Shown here: positions 38,297 to 49,317 of the stretch, piece after piece
Numbering within the stretch: position 1 is the first letter of the stretch
Layout of the letters: each line of letters begins with the position of its first letter
From: an uncultured bacterium
Lineage (GTDB): Bacteria > Verrucomicrobiota > Verrucomicrobiia > Verrucomicrobiales > DEV007
DNA length: 64,000 nucleotides
Direction: 5' to 3'
Assembly: GCA_963977015.1 (NCBI GenBank)
Contig: CAXBMO010000029.1
Coordinates: forward strand, 1-64,000
The notes under the pieces: generated by a model
Told to the model about the DNA's origin: nothing
Databases searched by the model: none
The model's input: only the letters and a program-made list of their open reading frames with translations
Translations under genes and position numbers: made by a program

Positions 38297-39724
38297 ATGA
38301 CGGAACCGATCAATCCCCTGCATCAAAGGACGCGACGCCAGTTTTTCGACACCTGTGGAGTCGGGCTTGGCAAGGTGGCGTTGGCATCTCTTCTCGCGCA
38401 ACCTGCTTCGGCGGCGAAGAGCCCACTCAGTCCGCGAAAACCGCCCTTTCCGGCGAAGGCCAAACGCGTCATCTACCTGTTCATGGCGGGCGCGCCGAGC
38501 CAGTTGGAGCTGTTTGATCACAAACCCAAACTTCGCGAATTGGATGGAAAGCCGATTCCGCCGGAGGTGATCAAGGGGCAGCGCTACGCCTTCATTCAGC
38601 CGGACGCGGCGGTACTGGCGCCTCGGTTCCAGTTTTCGCGCCACGGGCAATCCGGAGCCGAGATCTCGGAGATGCTGCCGCATTTGGGCAGGGTGGCCGA
38701 CGAGATCGCCATCGTAAAATCGGTCCATACGGATCAGTTCAACCACTCGCCGGCCCAGCTTTTCGTGAATACCGGGAGCGGAATTCCCGGGAGACCGGCG
38801 ATGGGTGCGTGGCTGAATTATGGGCTCGGCAGCGAAGCGAACGACCTTCCCGGGTTCGTGGTTTTGAAGAGTGGTGGAAACTTGAGTGGCGGTGCGGCGA
38901 TGTGGAGCAGTGGATTTTTGCCGTCCAGCTATCAAGGGGTGCCGTTTCGCAGTTCCGGGGACCCGATCCTGCATGTGTCGAACCCGAAAGGTGTGGATCA
39001 ACAGGCGCAGCGCGATTCCCTCGACGTGATTCGAGAACTGAATCAGCGCCAGTTCAAAAACACCGGCGATCCTGAAATTCAGACGAGAATCAATGCCTAC
39101 GAGATGGCTTTTCGCATGCAGTCACGCGCTCCCGAGTTGATGGATTTCTCACAGGAAAGCCAGGCCACGCTCGATTTATACGGCGCAAAACCGGGGGATG
39201 GCGGAGCTTCCTACGCAAACAATTGCCTGCTCGCTCGGCGGCTCGCAGAACGTGGGGTCCGTTTCATCCAGGTGTATCATTCGGGTTGGGATCATCATTC
39301 CAATGTTGAAGGTGGGGTTCGCCGGCAATGCCAGGCAACCGACCAGGCGAGCGCCGCGTTGATCCGCGACCTCAAGGTGCGCGGACTTCTCGAGGATACC
39401 TTGGTTGTCTGGGGGGGCGAATTCGGGCGAACGCCAATGGTCGAGGCCAGTGCTGCGCTCGGACGATCACAGGGCCGCGATCATCATCCCCAGGCCTTTA
39501 CGATGTGGTTTGCCGGAGGAGGCATCAAACCGGGAATCACTATCGGCCAAACCGATGAGCTGGGATTCCACGTGATCGAAGACGGGATCCATGTTCACGA
39601 CGTTCAGGCAACCATGCTTCATTTGCTCGGCATCGATCACGAGGAACTGACCTACACCTTTCAAGGCCGGCCGTTCCGATTGACCGATGTTCACGGACAC
39701 GTGGCGAAGAAGCTGCTCGCCTGA
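38297..39724 (+). CDS. DUF1501 domain protein
   Basis: [27 protein letters not shown] and GRDHH motifs. Confidence 0.92.
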   Translation: MTEPINPLHQRTRRQFFDTCGVGLGKVALASLLAQPASAAKSPLSPRKPPFPAKAKRVIYLFMAGAPSQLELFDHKPKLRELDGKPIPPEVIKGQRYAFIQPDAAVLAPRFQFSRHGQSGAEISEMLPHLGRVADEIAIVKSVHTDQFNHSPAQLFVNTGSGIPGRPAMGAWLNYGLGSEANDLPGFVVLKSGGNLSGGAAMWSSGFLPSSYQGVPFRSSGDPILHVSNPKGVDQQAQRDSLDVIRELNQRQFKNTGDPEIQTRINAYEMAFRMQSRAPELMDFSQESQATLDLYGAKPGDGGASYANNCLLARRLAERGVRFIQVYHSGWDHHSNVEGGVRRQCQATDQASAALIRDLKVRGLLEDTLVVWGGEFGRTPMVEASAALGRSQGRDHHPQAFTMWFAGGGIKPGITIGQTDELGFHVIEDGIHVHDVQATMLHLLGIDHEELTYTFQGRPFRLTDVHGHVAKKLLA

Positions 39725-39787
39725 CCTGAGCGTGCTTTTTGGCAGACTTGGGTTTGAAGGGAATGGGTTCTTTGCAAAGATTCGATC

Positions 39788-40558
39788 ATGAGTTCTCAAC
39801 TTTTTGATTTGTCAGGGCGCGTCGCGCTGGTCACGGGCGGAAGCAAAGGGCTGGGCAAGGCCATGGCCCGTGGATTTGCCGAGCACGGAGCGGACGTGAT
39901 GATTTGCAGCCGAAGCGAGGACGAACTCAAAGCGGCGCAGCGTGAAATCGGCGAAGGATTGGATGTGAAGGTTGAATATCGCGTCACGGATATGACGGAT
40001 CGGAATGAGGTCAAAGCGCTAGCGGCGGAGACGATCGAGAAACTGGGCAAAGTCGATATTCTCGTCAACAACGCGGGATCGAACTCACCGGAGCCGATCG
40101 ATCAGATCACGGACGAAGCCTGGGACCGCATTCTCGAACTCAATCTCAGTAGCGTGATGGTTTTAACCCGGGAGCTGGTTCCCCAGATGAAGGAACGAAA
40201 ATGGGGTCGGATTATCCACATTTCCTCGGTGCTGGGCGTTGGTTCCAAAGAGGCGCGCAATTCCTATTCGGCGACCAAGGCCGCCCTGATTGGGTTCGCA
40301 AAGGCTTCCGCGCTCGACCTTGGACCAGATGGCATCACCGTGAATTGCCTGGCTCCAGGGCCTTTCCTGACGGACTTGCCGATGAGTCTGCTTGATGAAG
40401 CGCAGAAGAAGAAGTTCGCCGAGTTTACCGCGTTGGGGCGATGGGGCAGGCCACCGGAGATTGCTGGTCCGGCGGTGATGCTGGCGAGCGAGGCGGGAAG
40501 CTACATCACCGGAGAGACGTTGCTCGTCGATGGCGGAGCTTATGCCCGGGCCCTGTAA
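39788..40558 (+). CDS. SDR-family oxidoreductase
   Basis: TGGSKGLG, NNAG and YSATK motifs. Confidence 0.92.
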   Translation: MSSQLFDLSGRVALVTGGSKGLGKAMARGFAEHGADVMICSRSEDELKAAQREIGEGLDVKVEYRVTDMTDRNEVKALAAETIEKLGKVDILVNNAGSNSPEPIDQITDEAWDRILELNLSSVMVLTRELVPQMKERKWGRIIHISSVLGVGSKEARNSYSATKAALIGFAKASALDLGPDGITVNCLAPGPFLTDLPMSLLDEAQKKKFAEFTALGRWGRPPEIAGPAVMLASEAGSYITGETLLVDGGAYARAL

Positions 40559-40571
40559 ATCGGAGCGCTTT

Positions 40572-42092
40572 TTACTCGTACTCCCATTTCATGATCCACG
40601 GATCGTTCATCTCTTTCTGAAACTGTTTCAGGCGTTCCTGATACTCTTTGAGGACGTCCGCAAACTCGGGGTTCTCGGCCAGGTTCGTGGTTTCGTGAGG
40701 ATCCTTCCCAATATCATAGAGCTCGAACGCCGGGCGATTGACGTACTCTCCCACCGTCCGGTTCCCATAGTTTGCGTCGGGTCCCTTGTCCCATTGCGCC
40801 TGCCAGGTTGACGCCGCCCAAAGATCGGACGCGAAAGGATAGGGAAGGCCATGCGCAATATTCCAGATCAGCTTGTATTCCTTGTCGCGAATGACGCGCA
40901 TGGGATAGTACATCTGGATTTCGTGAAACGTGTGTGAAGCAAATATCGATTCCCAATGCGTCGCGTCTGCTTTTCCAAGAACCGGGAGCCAGGATTTCCC
41001 GTGGTAACGATCCAGTCCTTTTCGCGGTCCCCGGTTATCCTTGGCGGCATAGGCTTTGCCTTTCCAGTAATCGTCGGCCGGGACCCAGTTTTTGGGACGA
41101 TTCTTGGAGGTATCCAGACCGCCGGCAAAATCCAGAAGCGACGGGGTGATGTCGATGTGACTGATGAGCGCTTCAGACTTCAGGCCGCGATTGGTTTCGT
41201 AGGGATTGCGAACGACGAAGGGGACCCTCAAGCCACCTTCGAAGACGGTCGTCTTTCCTCCGGGAAAAGCCATCCCGTGGTCAGCGGTGAAAACGATGAG
41301 CGTCTTGTCGTAAAGGTCTGCTTCTTTGAGAATCTCGACCAGTTTGCCCACGCCCTGGTCGATTCGTGAGCAGCTCTGGTAGTAGTGGGCCAGTTCGCTG
41401 CGGGACTCCGGAGTATCGGGCAGGAAGGGAGGAACGATCACGTCCTTGGGGTCGAAAATGACCTCATCCACGCCGGGGTGAGATTCGCCGTTCGGTTTGT
41501 TTCCAAAAAGGTCGGGCTTATGTTTGCCGGGAAACCGGTCGTCTTTTCCGCCACCGCGATGAGGATCGCTTGTCGCGAAGTAGAGGAAGAAGGGCTTGTC
41601 TTCATCAGCGGTGATGAACTCCTTGGCTGCTTCCGCCATTTGCACCGCATTCCTTCCATTCCCTTTCAGGTAGGTTTCGTAGTGATAGACTTCCTCGGGC
41701 GCAACGTGGTATTTCCCGATATGTCCGGTCCGGTAACCTGCGTTGCCCATCACCCGGGGGAGGGAGAGGCTTACCACATTGTAGTAGCTTGCAAACTTGT
41801 GATAGGAGTGCTGGTGCCCATATTGACCATTCGCGTGATTATGCAGGCCCGACATGACGACCGATCGGCTCGCTGAACAACTTGCGGTCGTGGCAAAGGC
41901 GTTGAGGAAAACGGTTCCATCGGCCGCAACCGCGTCAATGTGGGGCGTTACCGCAGCCGTGTCGCCATAGCAGCCGAGGGTCGGGCTTTCATCATCGGTG
42001 ATGAAGAAGATGACGTTTTTCTCCGCAGCAAAGGCAGAGGTGATCAGGAACAACGCAGCACAAACAACGAAAGGGGTTTTCATTGCCTCCAC
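40572..42092 (-). CDS. Sulfatase (sulfamidase-like)
   Basis: TDD, CSASR, GKYH and DHG motifs. Confidence 0.9.
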   Translation of the reverse strand: MEAMKTPFVVCAALFLITSAFAAEKNVIFFITDDESPTLGCYGDTAAVTPHIDAVAADGTVFLNAFATTASCSASRSVVMSGLHNHANGQYGHQHSYHKFASYYNVVSLSLPRVMGNAGYRTGHIGKYHVAPEEVYHYETYLKGNGRNAVQMAEAAKEFITADEDKPFFLYFATSDPHRGGGKDDRFPGKHKPDLFGNKPNGESHPGVDEVIFDPKDVIVPPFLPDTPESRSELAHYYQSCSRIDQGVGKLVEILKEADLYDKTLIVFTADHGMAFPGGKTTVFEGGLRVPFVVRNPYETNRGLKSEALISHIDITPSLLDFAGGLDTSKNRPKNWVPADDYWKGKAYAAKDNRGPRKGLDRYHGKSWLPVLGKADATHWESIFASHTFHEIQMYYPMRVIRDKEYKLIWNIAHGLPYPFASDLWAASTWQAQWDKGPDANYGNRTVGEYVNRPAFELYDIGKDPHETTNLAENPEFADVLKEYQERLKQFQKEMNDPWIMKWEYE

Positions 42093-42140
42093 CTTTCGGG
42101 AGATCTGGCCTGCGTCAACCAGCCATTTTACCGAGGGCGC

Positions 42141-42704
42141 CTATGCTCCAGATTTCAACGGTAGGGTGGCGACTTCGCTGTAGAAATACGTTCCGTTTTC
42201 ACCGATCCTGGATTCCAGAAGGAGAACCTCCGTTGCCTTTTGGGAAATCGAGCCGGGCCGGGAGGGAAGGTTCGGTCGCTTTTGGCCATGTTTCAGCCTT
42301 GCCAGCGTGATGTGGGGCCGGAAAAGGCGCGTTTCCGGTTCCAATCCACAATCCTGGGCCAGTTGTTCCAACAGCTTGACCAAGTTCTTCAATTCCGGCG
42401 AAGCGGTGACCTTTGCCGCAATGATTCTGGCGCGAGAGACGCGGGGAAAGAGGACGGAACGTCCGATTTCGTAATGAACTGGAGAGGTTTGTTCGCTGAT
42501 CTCAGCGGCTCCGCTTTGAAGTTGCTCCATCTTTTCATCCTCCAGTTCGCCGAGAAAACGGAGTGTGAGATGGAGATCGTCGGTCGGGACAAATCGGCCA
42601 AACCGCTCCCAGCCGCTTCCGCGAAAGAGTTGAATTCGATTGGTCAGAAAATCGAGACCGTCTTCGTCTGGTCTCAGGGCTAGGAAAAAGCGGCGTTGGG
42701 CCAT
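42141..42704 (-). CDS. thpR: RNA 2',3'-cyclic phosphodiesterase
   Basis: HLTL and HITL (two HxT motifs). Start taken at the ATG at 42704. Confidence 0.88.
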   Translation of the reverse strand: MAQRRFFLALRPDEDGLDFLTNRIQLFRGSGWERFGRFVPTDDLHLTLRFLGELEDEKMEQLQSGAAEISEQTSPVHYEIGRSVLFPRVSRARIIAAKVTASPELKNLVKLLEQLAQDCGLEPETRLFRPHITLARLKHGQKRPNLPSRPGSISQKATEVLLLESRIGENGTYFYSEVATLPLKSGA

Positions 42705-42770
42705 AAAAATTGATACATTCTGTTTGCCGTGATGCAATCTCGGCGCGCTGGTGACGTCAAACGTCCCGAA

Positions 42771-43637
42771 ATGAAAGCTCCGATTACTGCCCTGTTCGTC
42801 TTGTTGTTTGGTTTTAGCAATAGCTTCGCGCTCACTGCCCAAGAAATTCTTGAGCAGCATGAGCAGGCAAAAGCTGAAGCGTTGCAAGCTTATCTCGATG
42901 CCAATCCTGAAGCTGAAGATCGCGCAGACGCGGTTGAGCATCTCATCGATTCGCTGACCGTTTTGGGCGACAGCGAAAAGGTGTTTCCGCTGCTCGAAGA
43001 GCGCTACGCAGCCCTGGTCTCTGTTCCGGAGCCGGATCTTCAGGCCCTGCTCGGTGAATTGGTCCCCCAACTGGTGGACGGATTTCGCGTCGGCGAAGGC
43101 AAGGACAAAGCCCGTGAGTTTATTGATCGGGTTGAGAAAGACCTGGCGGTGGTGATTCAGCAGAATCCCCGAATCGGAGGCTATCTGCAGCAGTTGCGAG
43201 GCAAGTTGAATATGCCGGGAGTCGGCGAGGCCATGGATATCCAGTTCACCTCAATCAGCGGTGATTCCATCGACCTGGCGGAGATGAAGGGGAAGGTTGT
43301 CTTGGTCGACTTTTGGGCGACCTGGTGCGGACCGTGCATCGCTGAGATGCCGAATGTGATCAATGCCTACAAGAAACATCGCGAAAGTGGGTTCGAGGTC
43401 GTTGGCATTTCCCTGGACCAAGACAAGAACGCCCTGGAGAACTATATCAGCGAACATGAGATGACCTGGCCGCAGTATTTCGATGGCAAAGGCTGGGGGA
43501 ACGAGATTGCGGGCAAGTTTGGAATTCAGGGAATCCCGGCGACGTTTCTGATCGGTAAAGATGGCAAGATTGCCGCCACCAATCTTCGGGGCGACGATCT
43601 CGAGAAGAAAGTGACCGAACTCCTCGGAGATTCTTAG
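42771..43637 (+). CDS. TlpA-family disulfide reductase
   Basis: DFWATWCGPC motif and a signal peptide. Confidence 0.9.
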   Translation: MKAPITALFVLLFGFSNSFALTAQEILEQHEQAKAEALQAYLDANPEAEDRADAVEHLIDSLTVLGDSEKVFPLLEERYAALVSVPEPDLQALLGELVPQLVDGFRVGEGKDKAREFIDRVEKDLAVVIQQNPRIGGYLQQLRGKLNMPGVGEAMDIQFTSISGDSIDLAEMKGKVVLVDFWATWCGPCIAEMPNVINAYKKHRESGFEVVGISLDQDKNALENYISEHEMTWPQYFDGKGWGNEIAGKFGIQGIPATFLIGKDGKIAATNLRGDDLEKKVTELLGDS

Positions 43638-43649
43638 GCTGCGGTACTT

Positions 43650-45101
43650 TCAGCGGTAATCGCTGCTTCGACTCGCGGTGCGGATTCCGCTGCGAAGTCG
43701 CCATTCCAGAAGCGTTTCCATCAACGCGCGTTTGGTCGCGTCGTGATCGGGATTGGACCAAAGGTTCACCTGCTCCCCGGGATCGTTCTCAAGATCGAAC
43801 AATTGCCCTTCGTTTTCTCCGTTGATCGCATCGCTTCCCAGAATGTGAACCAGCTTCCAACGGTCGGTGCGCACCATGGTCATATAGTCGGCCGTGGTGA
43901 AATTTCCGTCGCGTGGATGCTCGGCAAAGACGCAGTCACGGCCTCTCCAATCCGGATCGCCTTCGAGCGCGGGCAGCAGGCTCCGAGCTTCAAAGGTGTC
44001 GGGAACGGAGAGGCCTGCGAGTTCGAGAATCGCCGGACCGATATCGAACAGTGAAACGAGATCGTCGATGGTTCGCCCGCCCTCAAACCGCTTCGGCGAC
44101 CAGACGATGAGCGGCACATTCGTGACCTGCTCATACATCGTCCATTTCTGGCTGTGACCGTGGTCGGTGAGGCAGTCGCCGTGATCCGAGGTGAAGATTA
44201 CGATGGAGTTCTCCAGATAACCCTGGGTTTCGAGGGAATCCATGATCTTGCCAACTTGATGGTCGATCATGGTGACATTGGCGAAGTAGTGCCTTCGCTG
44301 ACGCAGCCGCTGTTCTTCGGTTGGATCAAGGTCCAGAACGACGGAGTCGTGATCAACTTCGTGGTTGTGGACGCGCATGCCCTTGTAGGCTTCGGGTTGA
44401 CCGTTCAAGTCTTCCTCCGTCACTTCCTGAAGCGGCACCGCACGGTCGTCGTAGCGCTCCAGATACTCCGGAGTGGGATCGTAGGGCGGATGTGGTCCGG
44501 GGAAGCCGATTTCGAGAAAGAGAGGCTCGGTTTGGGGATAATTTTCGATCCACCACGACGCGGTGTTGCCGACAAACATGTCGCTGTGGCTGTCCTCGGG
44601 CAAATCCCAGGTAAACGCGCCCAACTTCTTTTCGTAGTTCGAGAATTTGCGATATTGCTCCCGCTGCTGCTTCACCAGTCCGCGGGCGGCGAGGGCCTTG
44701 TCCCACTCATCAAAAAAGTAGCGTCCCTCCAAATAGCGATCCTTGTTTTCGACCACATAGCGTTGATGAAACCCACATGGCGTGGTGAAGGGCCAGGTGT
44801 GCATTTTCCCGACATTGGCACAATGGTAGCCGCTCGCGTTCAAGTCTTCGATCCAGGAATGCTCCCAGCGATCGGCGTTTTTGAGGATGCCCGTGGTGTG
44901 GGGATATTGACCGGTGAACAGGCTTGCCCGTGATGGCGCGCAGCTTGGAGCCGTCACGTGGCAGTTCGTAAACGCGACGCCTTCGTTGACGAGCCGATCC
45001 AGATTCGGGGTGTCAACGTGGTCGAAACCCAGCGCGTTGATGGTATCGAACCGTTGCTGGTCGGTGAGGATAAAGATGATGTTGGGGCGTTCCTGGGCCA
45101 T
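43650..45101 (-). CDS. Sulfatase
   Basis: TDQQR, CAPSR, GKMH and SDHG motifs. Confidence 0.9.
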   Translation of the reverse strand: MAQERPNIIFILTDQQRFDTINALGFDHVDTPNLDRLVNEGVAFTNCHVTAPSCAPSRASLFTGQYPHTTGILKNADRWEHSWIEDLNASGYHCANVGKMHTWPFTTPCGFHQRYVVENKDRYLEGRYFFDEWDKALAARGLVKQQREQYRKFSNYEKKLGAFTWDLPEDSHSDMFVGNTASWWIENYPQTEPLFLEIGFPGPHPPYDPTPEYLERYDDRAVPLQEVTEEDLNGQPEAYKGMRVHNHEVDHDSVVLDLDPTEEQRLRQRRHYFANVTMIDHQVGKIMDSLETQGYLENSIVIFTSDHGDCLTDHGHSQKWTMYEQVTNVPLIVWSPKRFEGGRTIDDLVSLFDIGPAILELAGLSVPDTFEARSLLPALEGDPDWRGRDCVFAEHPRDGNFTTADYMTMVRTDRWKLVHILGSDAINGENEGQLFDLENDPGEQVNLWSNPDHDATKRALMETLLEWRLRSGIRTASRSSDYR

Positions 45102-45216
45102 GTCGAATAGATTGCGGGATGTGCGTGCTCAAAAAGTGGAGATTAACCAGTTAGTGGGCTAGGTTTGAAAGTCAGGGACTCTTTGTGATTAAGTTAGGCT
45201 TGCTAAACGAACCGAT

Positions 45217-45903
45217 TTGATCGATGAATCAACCCTTCGTCTCATGGAAGCTGCTGCCATCCAAATCTATCAAAAGCCACCCAAGCGAGATGTCTGGTTT
45301 TTCATTTCGTATGCGCGGAGGAACCAGCAGTTGGCGGGAAGCTTTATGGATTTGTTTCTCGAGCAGGTCGGCCCGGCCAAGAATTATCGCTATCATTTTT
45401 GGCAGGATTCCGAGATTTTGGTCGGCGATCAATGGCATGAGGAGATTCAGAAGGCACTGGAAGTCTGCGACTTGGGGATTCTGCTACTCAGTCCGGCATT
45501 TCTCAATTCCCAATACATCAGCGAGCAGGAACTCCCCAATTACGTTGGGGCGAAGGGCAAGGCGGTGTTGCCGGTTCTTCTCCAACGGGTCGATTTTAAG
45601 CTCCATGACCTCAAGGGGTTGGAGCGATTCCAGTTTTTCCGGCTCAACCGGCCGAGTTTCAAGCACTCCAAGTGCTACGCGGATTGCAACAGTCAGCAAC
45701 GGCGGCAATTTGCGGAAGCCCTCTTTCGCGAGACGCAGCAACTGCTCGACGAACTTTATCTCCCAGCTGCCGAACTTCCCGAGGAGAGCGCCAAGACGGG
45801 GAAACCGCTTTCCGGCGGTTTTGCCTTTTCGCGGGCGATCAATCAACGCGCACGGCGGCAGCGAAAATCGGTCGAATCGGCCAATCACCAGGAACACGGA
45901 TGA
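45217..45903 (+). CDS. Stand-alone TIR-domain protein
   Basis: FISYAR, W.D..I..G..W and LLSPAFLNS..I...EL motifs. Start could instead be the ATG at 45244. Confidence 0.85.
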   Translation: MIDESTLRLMEAAAIQIYQKPPKRDVWFFISYARRNQQLAGSFMDLFLEQVGPAKNYRYHFWQDSEILVGDQWHEEIQKALEVCDLGILLLSPAFLNSQYISEQELPNYVGAKGKAVLPVLLQRVDFKLHDLKGLERFQFFRLNRPSFKHSKCYADCNSQQRRQFAEALFRETQQLLDELYLPAAELPEESAKTGKPLSGGFAFSRAINQRARRQRKSVESANHQEHG

Positions 45904-46388
45904 TCGACTTTATAATTCAAACCTTTGAGGAACAGGGATGGGCCTATCACAAAGTGGAGGGAGCCGACGTCATCGAGACCGGTTTCGAGGCGCACCATAC
46001 CAAGGTTCATCTTCATATTCAGGCATTTCCCGAGATCAGCGCGATCTCCGTGGTTTCCCAGTCGCCGATTGTCTCCACGTCGCCCGATCGACGATTGAAG
46101 GTGCTCGAATTGATCATGCGCGTGAACGAGGTTCTGAATATCGGGAACTTTGAGCTCCGTTGGGATCAGGGAGAAGTCGTTTTTCGGACGACCAACCTGT
46201 TCTCGAAAAGTCGTTTTGACGGAGCGATTTTGATCGCGTTGGTCGAGGCGACGATCGTTGAAGTCGATCGCATCACGCCTTGTCTCAATATCATTCAGAA
46301 GTCCTCACCTGCTGAATTGATGATGCTCGACGTCGCAGAATTGATGCAAAGAGATGATTTGGTGCCGGATGTCGGCAATTCTGATTGA
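45900..46388 (+). CDS. YbjN-like (sensory transduction/T3S-chaperone fold) protein
   Basis: ELIMRVN..LNIGNFEL.WDQGEV.FR pattern. ATGA overlap with the TIR gene stop. Confidence 0.7.
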   Translation: MIDFIIQTFEEQGWAYHKVEGADVIETGFEAHHTKVHLHIQAFPEISAISVVSQSPIVSTSPDRRLKVLELIMRVNEVLNIGNFELRWDQGEVVFRTTNLFSKSRFDGAILIALVEATIVEVDRITPCLNIIQKSSPAELMMLDVAELMQRDDLVPDVGNSD

Positions 46389-46397
46389 ATTGGATGA

Positions 46398-47117
46398 ATG
46401 CAGACCATCGCGGACATTTTCGTGCTGCGCGGCGAAGAGCGCTTGGGACCCTACACTCCCGAAGCCGCTTCGGATCTCATTTCTAAAGGCCTGCTGGCTG
46501 AAGACGATCTCTGCATTCGTGCCGGTCAGAAACAGACCCAGCTTCTGCGCCAGGTTCTTGGTTATGGTGGCTCGGAGTTTGAGATTGTTCCCATGCCGGG
46601 GTTTGAGGCGGGGCGTGAGGAATACATTCCCTACACCACGCCACTCGATCCTCCTCCCAAACCGCCGGATCCCGCGGAAATCGACACCAGTCGCATCGTT
46701 TATACCGGGCACCCGAGCTATTTGAACTTTCCCTGGTTGGTCGGGACGTCGCTGACATTGATCATTGTTGGAGCGATCCTTTGGGCGGCCAACGGATTCA
46801 TCCTGCTGGGAGGATTGGTGTTTACCCTGTTCACCTACGTCTTCATCTCCATTCATCGGGCGATGCGGCAGTACCTGATTTCCCGAAAGCGGGTCGAAAT
46901 TATCTACGGTCTATTGATCAAGAGTTCCCACGAAGTGAGAATCAGCGACATTCGGACCATCAACGTGAAAGCCAACGGTTTGAAGGGCCTCATGGGCGTT
47001 GGAAATGTCGAATTCGCGTCGGCCGGAAGCGGTGGGATGGAAGTGGAATTCCGCGGAGTTCGGCGCCCTCACCAGATCAAGGAACTGGTGAGAGCGATTC
47101 AGGACGGGAAAGTTTAG
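46398..47117 (+). CDS. Membrane protein with GYF-like N-terminus and bacterial PH domain
   Basis: GPYT N-terminal motif, proline-rich linker, two hydrophobic helices, then Y.I...R...GL...I.DI...G.V.F.SAG. Confidence 0.75.
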   Translation: MQTIADIFVLRGEERLGPYTPEAASDLISKGLLAEDDLCIRAGQKQTQLLRQVLGYGGSEFEIVPMPGFEAGREEYIPYTTPLDPPPKPPDPAEIDTSRIVYTGHPSYLNFPWLVGTSLTLIIVGAILWAANGFILLGGLVFTLFTYVFISIHRAMRQYLISRKRVEIIYGLLIKSSHEVRISDIRTINVKANGLKGLMGVGNVEFASAGSGGMEVEFRGVRRPHQIKELVRAIQDGKV

Positions 47118-47126
47118 ACGGGTGTC

Positions 47127-48416
47127 TTAAACCGTGGGAGACCAGCCGTCGCGATATTCGCGGGACCAATGTTCCATCGCTTTTTCATCGACTGGTCGGC
47201 CCGTTTCGGGATCGATTTCCAGAACCTGCCTGGTCTTCAAGGCGATGTTTGCCAGGTGACACCAGCGGGAACTCTTCTGAGCGTCGCCAATTTCTGAATG
47301 GAGGGGAACGTCGGCTCGAATCGCGTCGGCGAGATTCTGGAAGTGGTATTGGTCGCCGCCAACTCGAGGCTGTTTATCGACTTCCTTGCCCTGCAGATCG
47401 TAGAACGTGATGCCCGAGCCATCGCAACTCGCAAATCCCTTTTCGCAAGACCAACTGGCAAAAGGGTGGGACTCCGGTTTCCGGCGATGGCAGCTACTCT
47501 GCTCCCAACTGGCGCCGACTTCTCCAAAATCGAACAAGGCGGTTCCGGTGTCCGGCGTCTCCTGATTGTCCTCGTGATGATAGCGATTGCCCTGAAACGA
47601 GACCGTCTTCGGGGTGTCGACTCCCAGTCCCCATCGGACCACATCAAGGCTGTGAACTCCGTTGTTGGCCATTTCACCACCCCCAAAATGCCAGTGCCAG
47701 TGCCAGTTGTAATGGACGAGATTGTCCTTGAATGCGTATTCCGGACAAGGCCCGAGCCATAAATCGTAATTCAGATTTTGAGGCGGTTCTGCCGGCTTTC
47801 CAATTCCAATGGAAGGGCGTTGATTGATGTAGTAGCTCCTTCCATAGATGGGCTTTCCGATCACGCCGTCCTGAAGCTTCTGGATCCCTTCGATCATCGA
47901 CGGATAACTCCGGCGCTGGTTCCCCATTTGAACTTTGCGGTCATACTTTCTCGCCGCTTCGACCATCAGTTCGCCTTCCCGTCCGTTATGGCTGCCGGGC
48001 TTTTCGACGTAGACGTGTTTTCCGGCTTTGCAGGCCAGAATGGTCGCGGGTGCGTGCCAGTAGTTCGGTGCCGCAATGGAAATGATGTCAACCTGCGGAT
48101 CTTCGAGGATCTTCCGAAAGTCGGTCACGAACTTGGCCGGTTGTTCCTGCCCACTGCGCTTGAGCACGCCGGCTGCTTCTTCGTGGCGTTTGGAATCGAC
48201 ATCGCAGAGGTAGGCGATCTCGACCCCCGGGACTTGGAGCCAGCCCTTGATGTGGCCCCTGCCTCTCCCCAGCCCCATAATTCCCACAATCAATTTTTGG
48301 GAAGGTGCGTCCTGACCACGGGCGCTGGTCAAGGTGTTGATGGTGGCGGCTCCGATCGCTGTTCCAGCAGCGGTTTTTGAGAATTGACGTCGGGTTGGAT
48401 TGTTTTCGAGGGGCAT
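47127..48416 (-). CDS. Gfo/Idh/MocA oxidoreductase (Tat)
   Basis: TRRQF, YVEKP and QMGNQRRS motifs. Confidence 0.9.
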   Translation of the reverse strand: MPLENNPTRRQFSKTAAGTAIGAATINTLTSARGQDAPSQKLIVGIMGLGRGRGHIKGWLQVPGVEIAYLCDVDSKRHEEAAGVLKRSGQEQPAKFVTDFRKILEDPQVDIISIAAPNYWHAPATILACKAGKHVYVEKPGSHNGREGELMVEAARKYDRKVQMGNQRRSYPSMIEGIQKLQDGVIGKPIYGRSYYINQRPSIGIGKPAEPPQNLNYDLWLGPCPEYAFKDNLVHYNWHWHWHFGGGEMANNGVHSLDVVRWGLGVDTPKTVSFQGNRYHHEDNQETPDTGTALFDFGEVGASWEQSSCHRRKPESHPFASWSCEKGFASCDGSGITFYDLQGKEVDKQPRVGGDQYHFQNLADAIRADVPLHSEIGDAQKSSRWCHLANIALKTRQVLEIDPETGRPVDEKAMEHWSREYRDGWSPTV

Positions 48417-48471
48417 GTTGAGAACACGCCGTTTCCCCGGTTATCTTATCAACTCCAGTCTCCGGAACGCT

Positions 48472-49317
48472 TTATCGAATGTTGGCGAGGAAGCCGTTTT
48501 TGCCGCGCTGAGTCACTGCCAGCTCTCTGCGGAAGAGGGCGGGATCGGCAATGTAGGTCTGATTGCCGTATTCGGCGCGGCCGAAGTCGCTGTCCACTGC
48601 CACAATAACTCCGGCAAGCTCCCACCGCTTGGCATCTGGATTGTAGTGGAATGCTGCCCCGCCGGAATCTCCGGGAGCCGCCTGGCATTCGTGAACGCCG
48701 CGTCCAAACTTGGCTGCAAATCCGAAGCTGGAGTAGTTACTGGTCGACATCGGCGCAGTGTAGATTTGTTCGATCGAATTGGTTCCCCAGCGCAGCGTGT
48801 AGTCCTCAGTCCAGGAATAGGCGTCGGAGGCACTTGCGCGACCACCAGCTCCCGCTCCGAGAAGAAGCAATTGGGTGCCGGATTTGGGGACCATGGTCGT
48901 CAGCGGAATGAACGGAAGTTTGGAAACAGAATCCCGGTTGGAGAATTCAATCTTGAAGAGGCAGAGGTCTGCAGTCGATCCATCGGAATTTTTGAAAAAC
49001 TGTGCGGAACCACGAACTGCGTCATATCGGCTGCCATCCGAGAGTCTGAATGTGCCAGGGCCGACATGGGCGGCCGTCAAAACGTAACCGGATCCAAGGT
49101 AAACTCCGGTGGAACGATCAATCTGACCCACGTTGTTCCAGTAGGGAAATGTGTCCCGCTTCAGGGCCCGCTTCACATAGTGTTGCAGTGCTCCTTCGCT
49201 TTCGCTGATTGAGGCTTGGCCCGGGGCAACAAGAGCTTGGGCGGAATAGGAAGCCAGCATGATGATGCTGACGGAAACGAGTCTGAGAGTGAGCTGGAAG
49301 GGGAGTCTCCTTTTCAT
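48472..49317 (-). CDS. Trypsin-like serine protease
   Basis: LTAAHV, ADL and GDSGG catalytic-triad motifs, with a signal peptide. Confidence 0.85.
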   Translation of the reverse strand: MKRRLPFQLTLRLVSVSIIMLASYSAQALVAPGQASISESEGALQHYVKRALKRDTFPYWNNVGQIDRSTGVYLGSGYVLTAAHVGPGTFRLSDGSRYDAVRGSAQFFKNSDGSTADLCLFKIEFSNRDSVSKLPFIPLTTMVPKSGTQLLLLGAGAGGRASASDAYSWTEDYTLRWGTNSIEQIYTAPMSTSNYSSFGFAAKFGRGVHECQAAPGDSGGAAFHYNPDAKRWELAGVIVAVDSDFGRAEYGNQTYIADPALFRRELAVTQRGKNGFLANIR

